Source: Octopus vulgaris
Lineage: Eukaryota
Length of the DNA stretch: 64,000 bases
NCBI GenBank assembly: GCA_951406725.2
Contig: OX597821.1
Span: forward strand, 111,538,001 to 111,602,000
Direction of reading: 5' to 3'
Shown here: piece after piece, positions 14,560 through 27,233 of the stretch
Numbering within the stretch: the first letter of the stretch is position 1
Layout: the number at the start of each line of letters is the position of its first letter
The notes under the pieces: generated by a model
What the model saw: only the letters and a program-made list of their open reading frames with translations
What the model was told of the DNA's origin: nothing
Databases searched by the model: none
Program-made: the position numbers and the translations under genes

Positions 14560-14985
14560 ATTGAAGGAGTACAATCGCTAGTACAAATGACCGAAATGGA
14601 GTTCCTACAAAAGATCTCTGGACAAGGTACCTAGCTTGGACAAGGACCTAGCTTGGACAAGGACCTAGCTTGGACAGGTACCTAGCTTGGAGATCAGGGA
14701 GTGTCCCCAGTTCGAATTGCAACTTCTTCGCATTGAGAGGTCACAGGTCAGGTACAGTGGAGATGTGAGTAGAATGTTACAGGAAAGAATCGTCAATCCT
14801 TAGAGGACCTAAAGGTAGATCCGTAACGAAGTGGTTGGATGTTATCCATGGTCTCAGCTGGTCGTGGTTGGGAACCAAGCAGCAAAGAGTAATGACAGTT
14901 GCATCTGAGTGTACCCGATGGAGAATGTACTTGGAGACCCTACTCTCATGACTACCCCTAGGAATAATGGACAGAGAAGATGAGT
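14560..14985 (+). mobile_element. Decayed RTE-clade 3' fragment with an internal 17-bp x4 minisatellite
   Basis: VQMTEMEFLQKISG...LLRIERSQVRY...RMLQER...KGRSVTKWLD. Confidence 0.7.
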
Positions 14986-15417
14986 GGCTGAAATAGATAC
15001 ATTTTATTCAATGAAAATACAACACCCTTTCTGCATACCTTACTTCAAACAACTTCTCTTTCTCTCCCTCTCTCTCCACACACACACACACAAACCAAAC
15101 AAAGGGGGCAAAACACGTATAATTGATTTTCGTTTAGCGAACCTGATTAGGAAAGATTCTGTTATAAATGATTTAGAGAGTTATTGCCCTTCTCTCCACT
15201 CTTTTATCTTTAAACTGAATTCAAATTTAACTCGTAAAAAAAAAGAAGACAGCCAAAATCGTGATATCATTCCAGGAGATATTTTGCCGCTAAATTAGTA
15301 AATATTTCCTTCGTGTAAAACAGATTTCACTCTGAATTGGCAGAAAAGATGAGAAAACATCAAAAATACGAATTTAAACTTCTTTGCTTTATTGAAAATG
15401 AAACAAAGATGAACAAT

Positions 15418-15620
15418 TGGTGGAGTTGTTAAAGCATCGGAAAAAAATTGTCTTGGAGTATTGCCCTGGCTTTCTCATTCTGAGTTCAATACCGACAATA
15501 GTCAAGTTTCCTTTTGTCCCTCTAGGGTCTGTAAGACAAGGTACCAGTCGAGTGCTGGGGTAAAGTTATCTACTAATCCCCAGCCTTCAAAATTGCTAGC
15601 GTTGTGCTAATATTAGAAAC
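15418..15620 (+). mobile_element. Degenerate SINE A
   Basis: TTCTGAGTTCAA box, AAGGTACCAGTCGAGTGCTGGGG and tail similarity. Confidence 0.55.
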
Positions 15621-15646
15621 CATTTTAGTAACAGAATATATATATA

Positions 15647-15683
<37 letters not shown>

Positions 15684-15684
15684 A

Positions 15685-15728
<44 letters not shown>

Positions 15729-15729
<1 letters not shown>

Positions 15730-16281
15730 GAGGGTGAGTCAAAAAGTAATGCCATTTTGTTTAGGACAGGTATAATTACCAACACAGGAACATGTATCAT
15801 ACATCTAAATGAAGCTTGTCCTATGTGGATCACATCTCTACTTCACAACATAGTCACCGTTTCTCTCAATAGCAATGTTCCACCTTCGAATGAGAGCATG
15901 TATTCCTGCCCCGTAAAGTTCTGTTGACTATCCTTTGAGCCACTTCTTCACTACAAAGTCAAAGAGACAACACCTTCTTTCGAAGGCTCATAACAGGTGA
16001 TGAAACATGGGTTCATCATTATGAACCAGAATCAAAGAGGCAGTCAATGGAATGGCGCCACTCTACATCACCACCACCGAAAAAGTTCAAGACGCAAAAG
16101 TCAGCTGGAAAAATCATGGCGACTGTCTTTTGGGATGCTCAAGGTGTCATTCTGGTCGATTTCTTGCCAAATGGAAAAACAATAAACTCATAATAAGCTT
16201 CATTTTGATGCATGATTCATGTTCCTGTCTTGGTAATTATACCTGTCCTAAACAAAATGGCATTACTTTTTGACACCCTCG
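15729..16281. mobile_element. Non-autonomous mariner derivative with ~90-bp inverted ends
   Basis: CGAGGGTG(AG)TCAAAAAGTAATGCC TIRs and TA TSD; internal ITGDETWVHHYEPESKRQSMEW...KIMATVFWD on + (15960-16190). Confidence 0.9.
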
Positions 16282-17376
16282 TATATATATTCAAAGATGT
16301 TTTTCAAGGGTTATATAATCTTGGCAGTTACCGTGTTTCCTCTTAGATCGGTTTTATACGCCGGTTAACCACAACTGATGCACTAGATTCTGGAGCCGTC
16401 TTGAAGCTGAAAGCGGTCCTTTGAGTACACAGCCATAAAAAGGTCGGCATTTCCTGATTTCTTAAAACACATTTATTTTTGAATGGAATGTTATGTTTAA
16501 TTTTCCTTTTGTGCAAACTATCAACTCCGAGGTTTTAATCTAAGGCTGATTCAAACGCGTATACCAGAATAGCAACAATAGTGAATAATAATTCCTTGGG
16601 GATGACACAAAATTCTACTTAGGTCCTTTAAGAAAGATGTGAAATACGTGAACTCTTATTCTCCACCGAATTTAGTAGGGATTAAACAAGGATTATCATA
16701 AGCTGATCCAATTCATACACCTGATTACGAAAGGTCAGGTAAAAACAATTGAACTATTTATCCTCGTATTTTAGTGGATAAATAAATAAATAAATACTTA
16801 GAAATTTACTTAACATTTAATCTTTAATCATACAAGTATACAAATGAAACTTTTGTCATCTGCCTTTGCCTGAGAAAGAAGCTGACCGTGTTTTGTTGGC
16901 GAAAGTGATTTGTCGGTCAAATTCGGATCGGTATAGTTTATTTATAGGTAGTTTATTTGGTCAACCTTCGATGGATAGAAATCAAAGTTGGTTTAACGAT
17001 CAACCAAATCAGAACGTTTTTTATGTTCAGTAGTAAATTATTGGGTCCGTGGAATTGAAAAAGGAAATCTTCCTCCATAGATTTTGCTATATTTTAAAGA
17101 AACTATACACATTTAAATCTTAACTTTAAGGGAAAAAATTCCCTCAGAGATAATAAGAATATAATATATATGTGTATGTGTATGTGTGTTTGTGTGCATA
17201 TATAGTATATATATATGTGTGTTTTATACATAAATATTAGAGAGTGACCACTATGTGGTTCACTCTAGTGCTAAAAATAGCTCCGCTAATGGTATAGCCG
17301 CTAAAAGTTGTTTTCAAGAAGAAATACCACTACATTTAACGTAAGGTAAGTGAAACACAACAAAAAAATAGATTAA

Positions 17377-17449
17377 CCCTGAACAATTGTTTCATTATTA
17401 ATGTAATATGCAATTTTACTTACATAACATCCATAAATCTTCAGCAGAG
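17377..17449 (-). ncRNA. Type I hammerhead ribozyme-like fold
   Basis: Helix I CTCTG/CAGGG, core CTGAAGA, long helix II (TTAT/ATAA, ATGT/ACAT, TATGTAA/TTGCATA), GAAA, palindromic ACAATTGT, GUU site; U-U at 10.1/11.1. Confidence 0.7.
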
Positions 17450-17520
17450 GTTTGTCTTAAATACAATTTATTAAGTCGCAGCGAGCGTCAAATACACGTG
17501 TGGTTTAATCAATTGTATTC

Positions 17521-17582
17521 GTAGTTATGATTCAAATTTCCCCGCCAAAAGAGCGATAAGACTTACTGGAAACGAGTACTGC
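17521..17582 (+). ncRNA. Degenerate hammerhead-like motif
   Basis: GTAG/CTGC helix I, decayed core TTATGA, GAA-ACGAGT-A. Confidence 0.4.
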
Positions 17583-17782
17583 ATCAAATATTTACTGCAG
17601 TATAATTAAATTTATTTTTAGCACTAGATATTTTTAGCACTAGAGTGAACCACATAGTGGTCACTCTAATATTTATGTATAAATTTGTATTTTTCCCTTG
17701 GTTTTTATGTGCTAAGCCACTTGGTGTTAAATTGATGGTATTATTAAATTAATATCAAATTTTTCACCCTCATTTATAAATG

Positions 17783-17830
<48 letters not shown>

Positions 17831-17991
17831 TATATATATATATATATATGTATATCTATATATATATACATCCATATATATACATACATATATATATATG
17901 TGTGTATTATGCATATATATACATATGTACGTATGTATATATGTAGGTATATACATAATACACACACACATGTGTATATTATATATAAGTG

Positions 17992-18035
<44 letters not shown>

Positions 18036-18793
18036 TATACACACATATATACGAATATATACATATACATATTATAAATATGCATGTATATTATACATGC
18101 ATACACACATACATACATACATATATATATACAAGTATGTATATACATATACACATATCTACGCGCACACATACATATATACATATGCATATATATATCC
18201 ATTCAAACATACACACACACACACATATATATCTAAATATATGTGTGTGTGTGTGTGTGTGTATGCGTGTAATATACATCATACGCGTATCTGTATATGT
18301 GTGTGTGAGAATGTGTGTGAGTGTATGTCTCTGTATGTGTGTGTATTGGTAAACGAAGAATGAGGTTTCTGAGGTAGGCTTTGATTTGCAATTGGATTAT
18401 AATGAAAGTGTGTTTATCCTGTTATCTTGGGATAATCTATTCCAGTAACAAAACAACTCCTAAACACATTGGGTGGCAGCCAGATTCTTTCCTTTCTCTC
18501 CGTCTCACTAAACATTCCAATCATTTTTTACGGGTATCACCCTTATATTCGTTGCACTACCCGATTTTGTTGCTGGTGTTGTTTGTTTGCTGTTGTTTAG
18601 TCTCAAGTCAGTCTTGACTGAGTAGATTTATGTTCAAAGTCGTTCCATCCGAGACCCTACGGTCGATCTCTTTCGTACATTGCGTAGCGAGAAATACGCT
18701 TTTCGTGGTACCTTCGACAAGTGCTTCCTTCTATAGCCTCGGGCTGACCAAAGCCTTGCGAGTAGAATTGTTAGACGGAAACTAAAAGAAGCT

Positions 18794-18864
<71 letters not shown>

Positions 18865-18910
18865 CATATATATGCGTATATATATATATACATACATATG
18901 TATTTATATA

Positions 18911-18997
<87 letters not shown>

Positions 18998-19842
18998 GTA
19001 CATACCACGACTAGTGATCATCTGGTTTCATTGTTGCTGTTACTGTTTAACCCCAGCTCATCTAAACTAAGCATGCGTACAAGGAAAAGAAATCCACCCT
19101 TGGCCATCCCGTCAATATATTTTCTCAGGTATAATATATTTGGAATTACATTTATCCAAAGTACCTTACATGTCGTCTCTTCTTTTAGTAACACAGAAAG
19201 ATGTGACTTGAGGAATATTTGGCTGCTATTTTTAGCAAGTAAAATCTTTCTCACTGGCTCGTGAAATTCTACATCCATATTACAGCTGTATAGATATGTC
19301 TTCGTATTCCTTCTGTCTTTGATTAAGCGGATTTCTAACAAATGTTCTGCTTCACTGGAAGCTGACAGGAATAGAGGTGCTTGATTAAATATATAGAAGG
19401 GAAGCACAAGAAGAAGAAAAAATGTCTGTGATGTAAAGCCATATTTATTTTCTTTCCGTCGGGGAGCCGGCATTAGTAGCTTGGCTATATGCCATCTACC
19501 TTATTATTAAACAGTTATCTCTCTTATATATCTCCTCCCAGCATTTTTTCGCCATCAAACTTCCTCCAATTTTGTCCTTTTTTTTTTTTCGTTGGGGAAC
19601 AAACTAAACCTAAATGAGGCGGGTTAAGAATAACTCAGGTCATATGGAATTGAAAACGAGGCTGAACAAGTTCAACATTCGGTAGTTGGTAGCTTTCATC
19701 TAAATCAAGTCGTGTGTGTGTGTGTGTAATACATCTATTACTTCAGGATACTGTATCTCTATGCTCCTCACTACTCTTTCTCTCTCTGGTTCTCTTTACA
19801 TATACACAAATGGCTGTTATTATTTTTATTGCCAGCTTCCCG

Positions 19843-20152
19843 CTGGCAGAATCGTTAGCGTCATTTCTTCCGTCCGTTTACGTTCTGAGTTCAGACTCCA
19901 CCAAAGTCGGCTCTGCCTTTCATCTTTTCGGAGTCGATAAAATAAATTCCAGTCGAGTACTGGGGTTGCCTAGACCCTTTCACCGAAATTTCAGGACTTG
20001 TGCATATAGTAAAAAGAATTACTTCCATTTGTAAGCGGCAGACTCGCAAACTCGTTAGCGAGTCGAAGAAAATGCTTGGCCCCATTTTCCTGGCTCTTTA
20101 CGTTCTGAGTTCGAATTCTGCAAAAGTCAACTTTGCCTTTCATACTTTTGAG
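19843..20152 (+). mobile_element. Two partial SINE A copies
   Basis: Heads at 19843 and 20034, each with TTACGTTCTGAGTTC and GCCTTTCAT core. Confidence 0.75.
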
Positions 20153-20318
20153 ATGAGAGAGAAGTGACCAATACATTGTATGATATACCGGTCATTGAGA
20201 CTGAATGTTTGCCTCGCAACTCGCCATCTTGGTCAATAGGTGGGACTTTATCTAGAGTTCGCAGTGTTGTAAAATTCATGTCGCAAGTTAAACATTCAGT
20301 TGATATTATATATTTATA

Positions 20319-20657
20319 CAGGGTGTCCCAAAAAAATGCATACACACTTTAGCAGCTGATAACTCAATTGATATTTTTTCTTTCCAGATGAAACCTATAG
20401 GATTTAATGATGGCAGTCAGATTAAGCTTTGAACAAAGAAAATTCATTCTATTTTGAAAATGAAGTGTCTTTTAATAAACAATTGTAAAGTAGTTGTTTA
20501 TTAAAAGACACTTCATTTTCAAAATAGAATGAATTTTCTTTGTTCAAAGCTTAATCTGACTGCCATCATTAAATCCTATAGGTTTCACCTGGAAAGAAAA
20601 AATATTAATTGAGTTATCAGCTGCTAAAGTGTGTATACATTTTTTTGGGACACCCTG
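20319..20657. mobile_element. Palindromic Tc1/mariner MITE
   Basis: CAGGGTGTCCCAAAAAAATG termini and TA TSD; ~165-bp arms with few mismatches and a loop under 10 nt. Confidence 0.92.
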
Positions 20658-20660
20658 TAT

Positions 20661-20845
20661 ATAGTTGAAATTTGCCAAAATGAAAACAAAAAACAAAAAA
20701 CGAAGACAGGGGTATAAACAACACACAGGTATATTAGATTAACGCTCGGGATGGTGAGAAAGTCTTTTACGTTTCGAGCCTATGCTCTTCAACACGAGGA
20801 AATAAAAAGAGAGAGAATAATAAAAAAAACTTAGTGGTTAGCGAG
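20661..20845 (-). mobile_element. Family E repeat
   Basis: Homologous to 803-972; minus strand GTGTTGA-A-GAGC-atag-GCTC-GAAACGTA-AAAGAC. Confidence 0.7.
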
Positions 20846-20992
20846 AAATTCTTTATTCTTTACTTGTTTCAGTCATTTGACTGCGGCCATGCTTGATCTC
20901 CGTCTTTATATATATATATACCGTGTGTAAGTGCGGTGTGTGTTCACTTTTAACAAAAGAGGGCAGTAGTCATGTTTCATTTCATAACTGTC

Positions 20993-21075
20993 ATCTCTGA
21001 AGAGCGCAGAGTTACATTATCAGACTGTTACATAGCATTTCTTTGAACTCCTAATGCGAATCTGATCGGTAAGAT
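20993..21075 (+). ncRNA. Type I hammerhead ribozyme-like fold in a (TA)n-flanked insert (20921-21115)
   Basis: Helix I ATCT/AGAT, CTGAAGA, helix II GCG/TGC plus GAGTT/AACTC, GAA, near-palindrome CTGATCGG, GUA site; A15.1 replaced by T. Confidence 0.65.
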
Positions 21076-21110
21076 AGTGTGGAATGGATATATAATACTG
21101 TACACTTCGC

Positions 21111-21156
<46 letters not shown>

Positions 21157-21257
21157 TAAATAGATAGATATTTTTGTATATATACATATATATATATATC
21201 CATATATACACATATATATATACTTATATATATACATATGTGCATGCATACAAATAT

Positions 21258-21332
<75 letters not shown>

Positions 21333-21397
21333 GTATATATGCAAATATTTATGTATAAAATCGATAAAAAGGGTATAATGAATTTTCTGTGGAAATG

Positions 21398-21428
21398 CCA
21401 ACATTTCGGAGAGTGCCCTTCTTCAGGA
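21398..21428 (-). ncRNA. Minimal hammerhead-like motif
   Basis: TC-CTGAAGA-A-GGG-cactc-TCC-GAAATGT-T-GG on the minus strand; helix I only 2 bp. Confidence 0.5.
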
Positions 21429-21603
21429 GAGAAAGGAGAGAAACAAATAGGAATCAACCTTCGATTTTTCTGTCCAGAGGATGTTTTGACTTAATATTTT
21501 TCTACAGTGCTATTTATAGCTTTATCTCTCTCGTGTTTTACCCTTCCAAAACCATAATTATTTCATGCTTTCTCGAAGTTTCTAATTCTTACGACCTCAG
21601 CAA

Positions 21604-21679
<76 letters not shown>

Positions 21680-21680
21680 A

Positions 21681-21740
<60 letters not shown>

Positions 21741-21751
21741 GTATATATATA

Positions 21752-21944
21752 TATAATCAAAATAAGCAACAAGTATATCCAAGGTAGAGTAGTACAATTG
21801 TTTCATGCTACTCTACCTTGGATATACTTGTAGCTTATTTTGATTATAATCACCCCATTTGATTTATATGGATAATACCATACAAAATTCTGGTGCCTTT
21901 AACTTAAGTACCATATTCATCTGAATCTAAATTTTGCTGAACTT
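21752..21944. mobile_element. (TA)-flanked hairpin-plus-tail insert whose loop is a hammerhead 3' half
   Basis: 41-bp arms 21752-21792 and 21808-21848 (1 mismatch); loop on minus reads CATGAAACAATTGTA. Confidence 0.7.
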
Positions 21945-22009
21945 ATATATATATATATATATATATATATGCGTCTGTGTGTATGCATGTATGTGTACGC
22001 GTGTTTTTG

Positions 22010-22434
22010 AGGGGAGGGGTTTAGTCGGGTACGCCGAACCCAGTTATTGATATAATATTGATATAATATTTTAGCGATTCCATTTAGACGAAACGGAAAT
22101 TACATGTCGCCAGGATTTGAACGCGAAAGTAAAGAACCCGAATTGATATCATCATGCAACATTTTCACCCACGATCTAACGATTTTGCCAGCTCTCCGCC
22201 TTAATAACTTTCCGTAATAATGGTTTCAAATTTTGGCACAAGGCCAAAAATTTCGGGGGTGGGTGTTGGTCGATTACATCGACCCCAGTGCTCAACTGGA
22301 ACTTATTTTATCAACCCTGAAATGATGAAAGACAAAGTCGACGTCGGCGGAATTTGAACTCAAAACAGGGGGACGGATGAATTGCCTCTAAGCATTTCGC
22401 CCGATCTGTTACCGATTCTGCCAGCTCGTTGTCT
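22010..22434 (-). mobile_element. Two SINE A copies, one degenerate
   Basis: Reverse-complement heads (..GCCAGCTC..) near 22190 and 22425; core at 22270-22360. Confidence 0.75.
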
Positions 22435-22442
22435 TAATAACC

Positions 22443-22446
<4 letters not shown>

Positions 22447-22503
<57 letters not shown>

Positions 22504-22625
22504 GTTTAATGTCTGTTTTCCATGCTAGCATGGGTTGGACGGTTCGACCGGGGTAATCGAAGCCAGAAGTGGCTGGCAACGTCTACGATCGGTTGGTGCT
22601 TTTTACGTGCCACCGGACTACAATT
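22447..22625 (-). mobile_element. LINE/SINE 3' end with (GAT)n tail
   Basis: Minus strand TCCAACCCATGCTAGCATGGAAAACAGACATTAAAC then (GAT)n; contains a terminal stem-loop. Confidence 0.55.
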
Positions 22626-22660
22626 TCCATTTGATAATACTAGTAATAATGATGATGATG

Positions 22661-22700
<40 letters not shown>

Positions 22701-22702
22701 GG

Positions 22703-22811
<109 letters not shown>

Positions 22812-22819
22812 TAATAACA

Positions 22820-22889
<70 letters not shown>

Positions 22890-23321
22890 CAACAACAACA
22901 CCCTACTCTTCGGCTATGAAATTGGCCCTGTTGCCACTCAGTGGTAGATCTATAATCGTGTAAGGCACACACTACTTTTCCTCCCTGGTGCGAACAGGAT
23001 ATTTCTTTAATCTTTCAAATGCCTCCATTTCCCCCCTCTTTTTGCTTCTCTTATTCCGGTGTGAAAGATGTTTCGATCTCAAGGAATCAAGTTAAATATC
23101 AAAATAAATATTGATAAAAGATCAATATTTATTCTCAGTAGAATTGACATAGACTGTGTAACACTATTTTGATAACCTAGGGCAGTTTATTTTCCCTTCC
23201 CCACCACCTTTTCTCTCTGTATCAACTCATGTTTCCCGATTTGAGAGCCCGCGTTTATTAGTGTTGATTTTGCCTTGAATCGCAAAAATTCTGTCGATTA
23301 AATCCTTTGCTGAAGAATTAG

Positions 23322-23390
<69 letters not shown>

Positions 23391-23495
23391 GTAATAATAA
23401 TAATAATAATAATAACAACAACAACAACAACGACAACACCGACGACACCGGCAACAATAACAACAACAATAATAACAACGACGACTACGACAACG

Positions 23496-23559
<64 letters not shown>

Positions 23560-23603
23560 TGATAATAATAATAATAATAATAATGATGTTGATGATGATG
23601 ATA

Positions 23604-23647
<44 letters not shown>

Positions 23648-24566
23648 AACACCGACGACACTGATAACAATAACAACAATAATGATAATAACAACAACGA
23701 TAATAATAATAACAATAATAAAAATAATAATAAGAAGAACGACAACAACAACAACAACAACAGCAATAATAAAAATAATAAAAAGGACAATATGCCTAAG
23801 AAATCAATATTAATTTTGATTGCAAGGAATTTTAGCAGGATCATTTGATTTTTTTTCTTCGTGATGTTCTTAATTCTTTCAATTTCGAAGGTTATTTAGT
23901 GAAATTAATCAATAAAATTGACTATTTTAAATTCCACGAGTAATAAAATTTGTATTTTTTTTGTACATATATATATAATTTTTTTTTTTTAATTAGACAC
24001 AAAGATAGAAGTTGGAATCCAAAGGAATCTCTTTTGGAATCGCGTTCTGTCTGCCTAATTCATTCCAGCTGCTCACCTCTAGTACTTCCAACCGAACATT
24101 AACTACCTTGACTCACACCCACCCTCCCTATCGTAATTACTTTATTCTTCCAACGTGTTACAGGTGTTGTCCTTTCACTTAGGATCTGCTCATCAAACAA
24201 AATCACGTGGAAATACTAATTGATGATCAATCGAATTGCTTTTGATTGGCTACAGCGCCGCTTTTTAAGAGACGACGTGTAATATCGATTACGCCGTTTC
24301 CGGTACTTATCTGCCACAACTCGTCAGATCGCCGGCCCTTGGAGGTATGGCACGCCAAATCAATATCGTCTAGAGTTTGAATCTCAAAATCCTATGTCTC
24401 TCTCTGTATGTGTGTGGATAGATATGTGTGTGTATTTATGTGTGTGCGTATGTATGTGTGCATTTGCGTGTATAAGTGTATGTATGTATGTATGTATGTA
24501 TGTATGTATGTATGTATGTATGTATGTATGTATGCGTGTGTGTGTGTGTATGTATGTGCGTACGTG

Positions 24567-24893
24567 TGAAGCGCATAGCTTAGTGGTTAGGTTATTCGGT
24601 TCGCGATCATCAGGTTATAGATTCGATTCCTGGGGGAGCGTTTTGTCCTTGAGCCAGACGCTTTATATCACGTTGCGCCAGGTCACTCAGTTGACAAAAA
24701 TGTGTAGTGCCTGTTATTCAAAAGGACCAGCCTTGGCACATTCGAGGTGTCACACTGAATCTCTTTGAAAACTACGGTTAGGCCTAAGGGCAGGCATGTC
24801 TAGGGAGTAGTCAGTCACATCACGTTAATTTCAGGAGCAGGCTGTCTCGTTGATCGGCTGGAACCCTCGTCATCATAACTCGGCAGAATCCCA
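24567..24893 (+). mobile_element. Degenerate SINE sharing the family C 3' half
   Basis: tRNA-like head; CACGTTAATTTCAGGAGCAGGCTG region matches 42020-42050. Related copies at 33118-33428 (-) and 57673-57889 (-). Confidence 0.65.
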
Positions 24894-25510
24894 GTATGAC
24901 TCTACATATGTGTATGTCTATACGTGTGCATGTGTTTGAGTTTTCATGTAGTCATATTTACGAATGAATCTTGTAAAACCTTTGCCCGTACCACGAGGAA
25001 GAGTTTTTTTTTCCCCTGGCATCTCAGCACGCAAACTTTACGAATCTTTTTCTTTCCTCATTTATAGTAAATTTGTTATGACATGTATGTATTTCTTTTA
25101 TGCATAGACATTGTAAATGTGGAGCTTAGGAACAATTGTCCCTACCCGAGACGTTTCAATCAGACACGCAAAACCGAACGAATTTTAACCCCTGACCTTG
25201 GCGTTGGATGCTTATAGTGAAATCCTCTTTGCAGTAAGCGTTCAGGCAGAAGAACCACCTAGGGGGCACCAAGATCTCTCTCCCTTTTACAAACCAAACT
25301 CCGTGGACTTTCACAACCAGACTCCGTGGACTTATGAGGGCACACCGTCTAAATGAATATGTTCTCCGATGATGAAACACAACAGTAATCAGCTAATTTC
25401 CGTTTAAATCTGTCATAACGTATTAAGAATGCTCAGATACTTTATTGTTTGGATTCTCGCTGTTCTCCGTGTAACTCATGAATTATCTGTCTTGGCAGAC
25501 ATCAGCATAT

Positions 25511-25897
25511 TCTTTTATTCCTTTACTTGTTTCAGTCATTCGACTGCGGCCATGCTGGAGCACTGCCTTTGGTCGAGAAAATCGACCTCAGGACTTATTC
25601 TTTGTAAGCCTGGTACTTATTCTATCGGTATCTTTTGTCGAATCGCTAAGTTACGGGGATGTAAACACACCAGGACCGGTTGTCAAGCGATGTTGGGGGG
25701 ACAAACACACGCACACACACTCACACACACACACGCATATACAACGGGCTTCTTTCAGTTTCCGTTTACCAAATCTAGTCACAAGGCTTTGGTCGTCCCG
25801 AGTTTATAGTAGAAAACACTTGCCCAAGGTACCACGCAGTGGGGCTGAACCTGGAACCATGTAGTTGGAAAGCAAACTACTTACCACACAGCCACTT
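25511..25897 (-). mobile_element. SINE B, near full length (CORE-like box)
   Basis: tRNA-like head, ACCTTGGGCAAGTG box, internal microsatellite, CCAGCATGGCCGCAGTC tail. Confidence 0.88.
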
Positions 25898-26729
25898 CAG
25901 TAAATAATTTGCACACTGATTTCTATGAATAAGAGCTCGTGACTCTATTTGAGTCATCGGTCCGGTGAGGTGATTTTGACTGAGGAGACACACAAGGAGG
26001 TCAAGACATTACAGTGTTTCGAAATCTCTTTGTCTAAAACACATTGTCTAAGAGGTGGAGTTGTTCTCCAATGTGGAAAAACAACAGCGATCAGCATATT
26101 CCCGTTCGAATCTGCTAGAACGTTTTAAGAATGAATTGATATGAATATCTTTTATTGTTTCTATCTGATCTATATGGATTTCATGATTTATTAAGTTTAA
26201 TCTTAATCCTCTTTCAAAAACCTTTTCGTACTGACATCCTCAATCTGACTTGTTTCTTTACATCTAATCTCGAAGCTTCAAATGAACAACTCATATCACT
26301 GAGGCAGCCATTTTGAAAACGTCAAAAAGGAGAAAAATTATAAGAATATTTGTTTTCTAAAAGAATCTTATTTTAAAATCTAACAATAATCGAAACGTTG
26401 TTGCAATGCTGGTGACATCGTTGCTATATTTTGAGAAACCACGACTACGAACAGTGCGAAAATATCAAACGAATTAGTTTTGAAGGAGAAGAAAAAATAA
26501 AATTAAATTGTCATTGTTTGTTTGTGAAAAGAAAACTGTTGTTTCTCTGAGGCATACAGGTTATAGAACCAAGAAACAGAAGCCGTATTCAATGGCGGTA
26601 ATTGTACTAGTTGTGGTTGTAGCAGTTGTGTTGTTGTTGTTGTTGTTGTTGGTGGTGGTGGTTGCTGGTGGTAGTAGTTGTAGTTTAGCAGGCAAAAATG
26701 TGTGTGTTGTATGTAGTGAGATAGAGAGA

Positions 26730-26777
<48 letters not shown>

Positions 26778-26887
26778 CGGGGTTGGGCAGATGGAAGCAG
26801 AGTAGAATCATGCGTTGACAAAGGTTAATAATAATAGAGAGGTGTGTGTGAACACATACAATGAGAGAAAGAAAAGTAATAATGTAA

Positions 26888-26933
<46 letters not shown>

Positions 26934-27195
26934 AGACGGAGGAGACGGGGGAGAGAGAGTAAGTGCATGCTGGTGAAAAAGGAGAACGGAAAAAATTGTA
27001 AAAACGATCGACAGAGGTATTAAGGGGGTTGGAAAAGGGAGGAGGGGAGACGGAGGAGGTGGGGGAGGGGGAGGAGGATGAGGAGGAGGTGTAAAGGTGA
27101 AGCGAACAAAAGGAGACGCTGAGAAAGCAGATGAAATATGGACGGAGTGAAAGACGAGTTTGAAATGAAATACGAAGCATAAAATGAAATAATGA

Positions 27196-27233
<38 letters not shown>

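Larger units (their letters stand above)
17223..17787. mobile_element. (TA)-flanked 5'-inverted hammerhead-bearing retroelement (Penelope-like/retrozyme-like)
   Basis: Inverted arms 17223-17279 and 17629-17683, then a ~100-bp tail resembling 46990-47065; two hammerhead-like motifs inside. Confidence 0.7.

Noticed and set aside
16370-16425. CTGATGC...GAAAGCGGTC motif (also GTGATGA plus stem at 39667-39695)
   Set aside because: Core substitutions and missing helices; possibly decayed ribozymes but not supportable.
21752-21848. pre-miRNA hairpin
   Set aside because: Near-perfect arms, a one-sided tail and (TA)n flanks fit an inverted retro-insertion better; no expression evidence.
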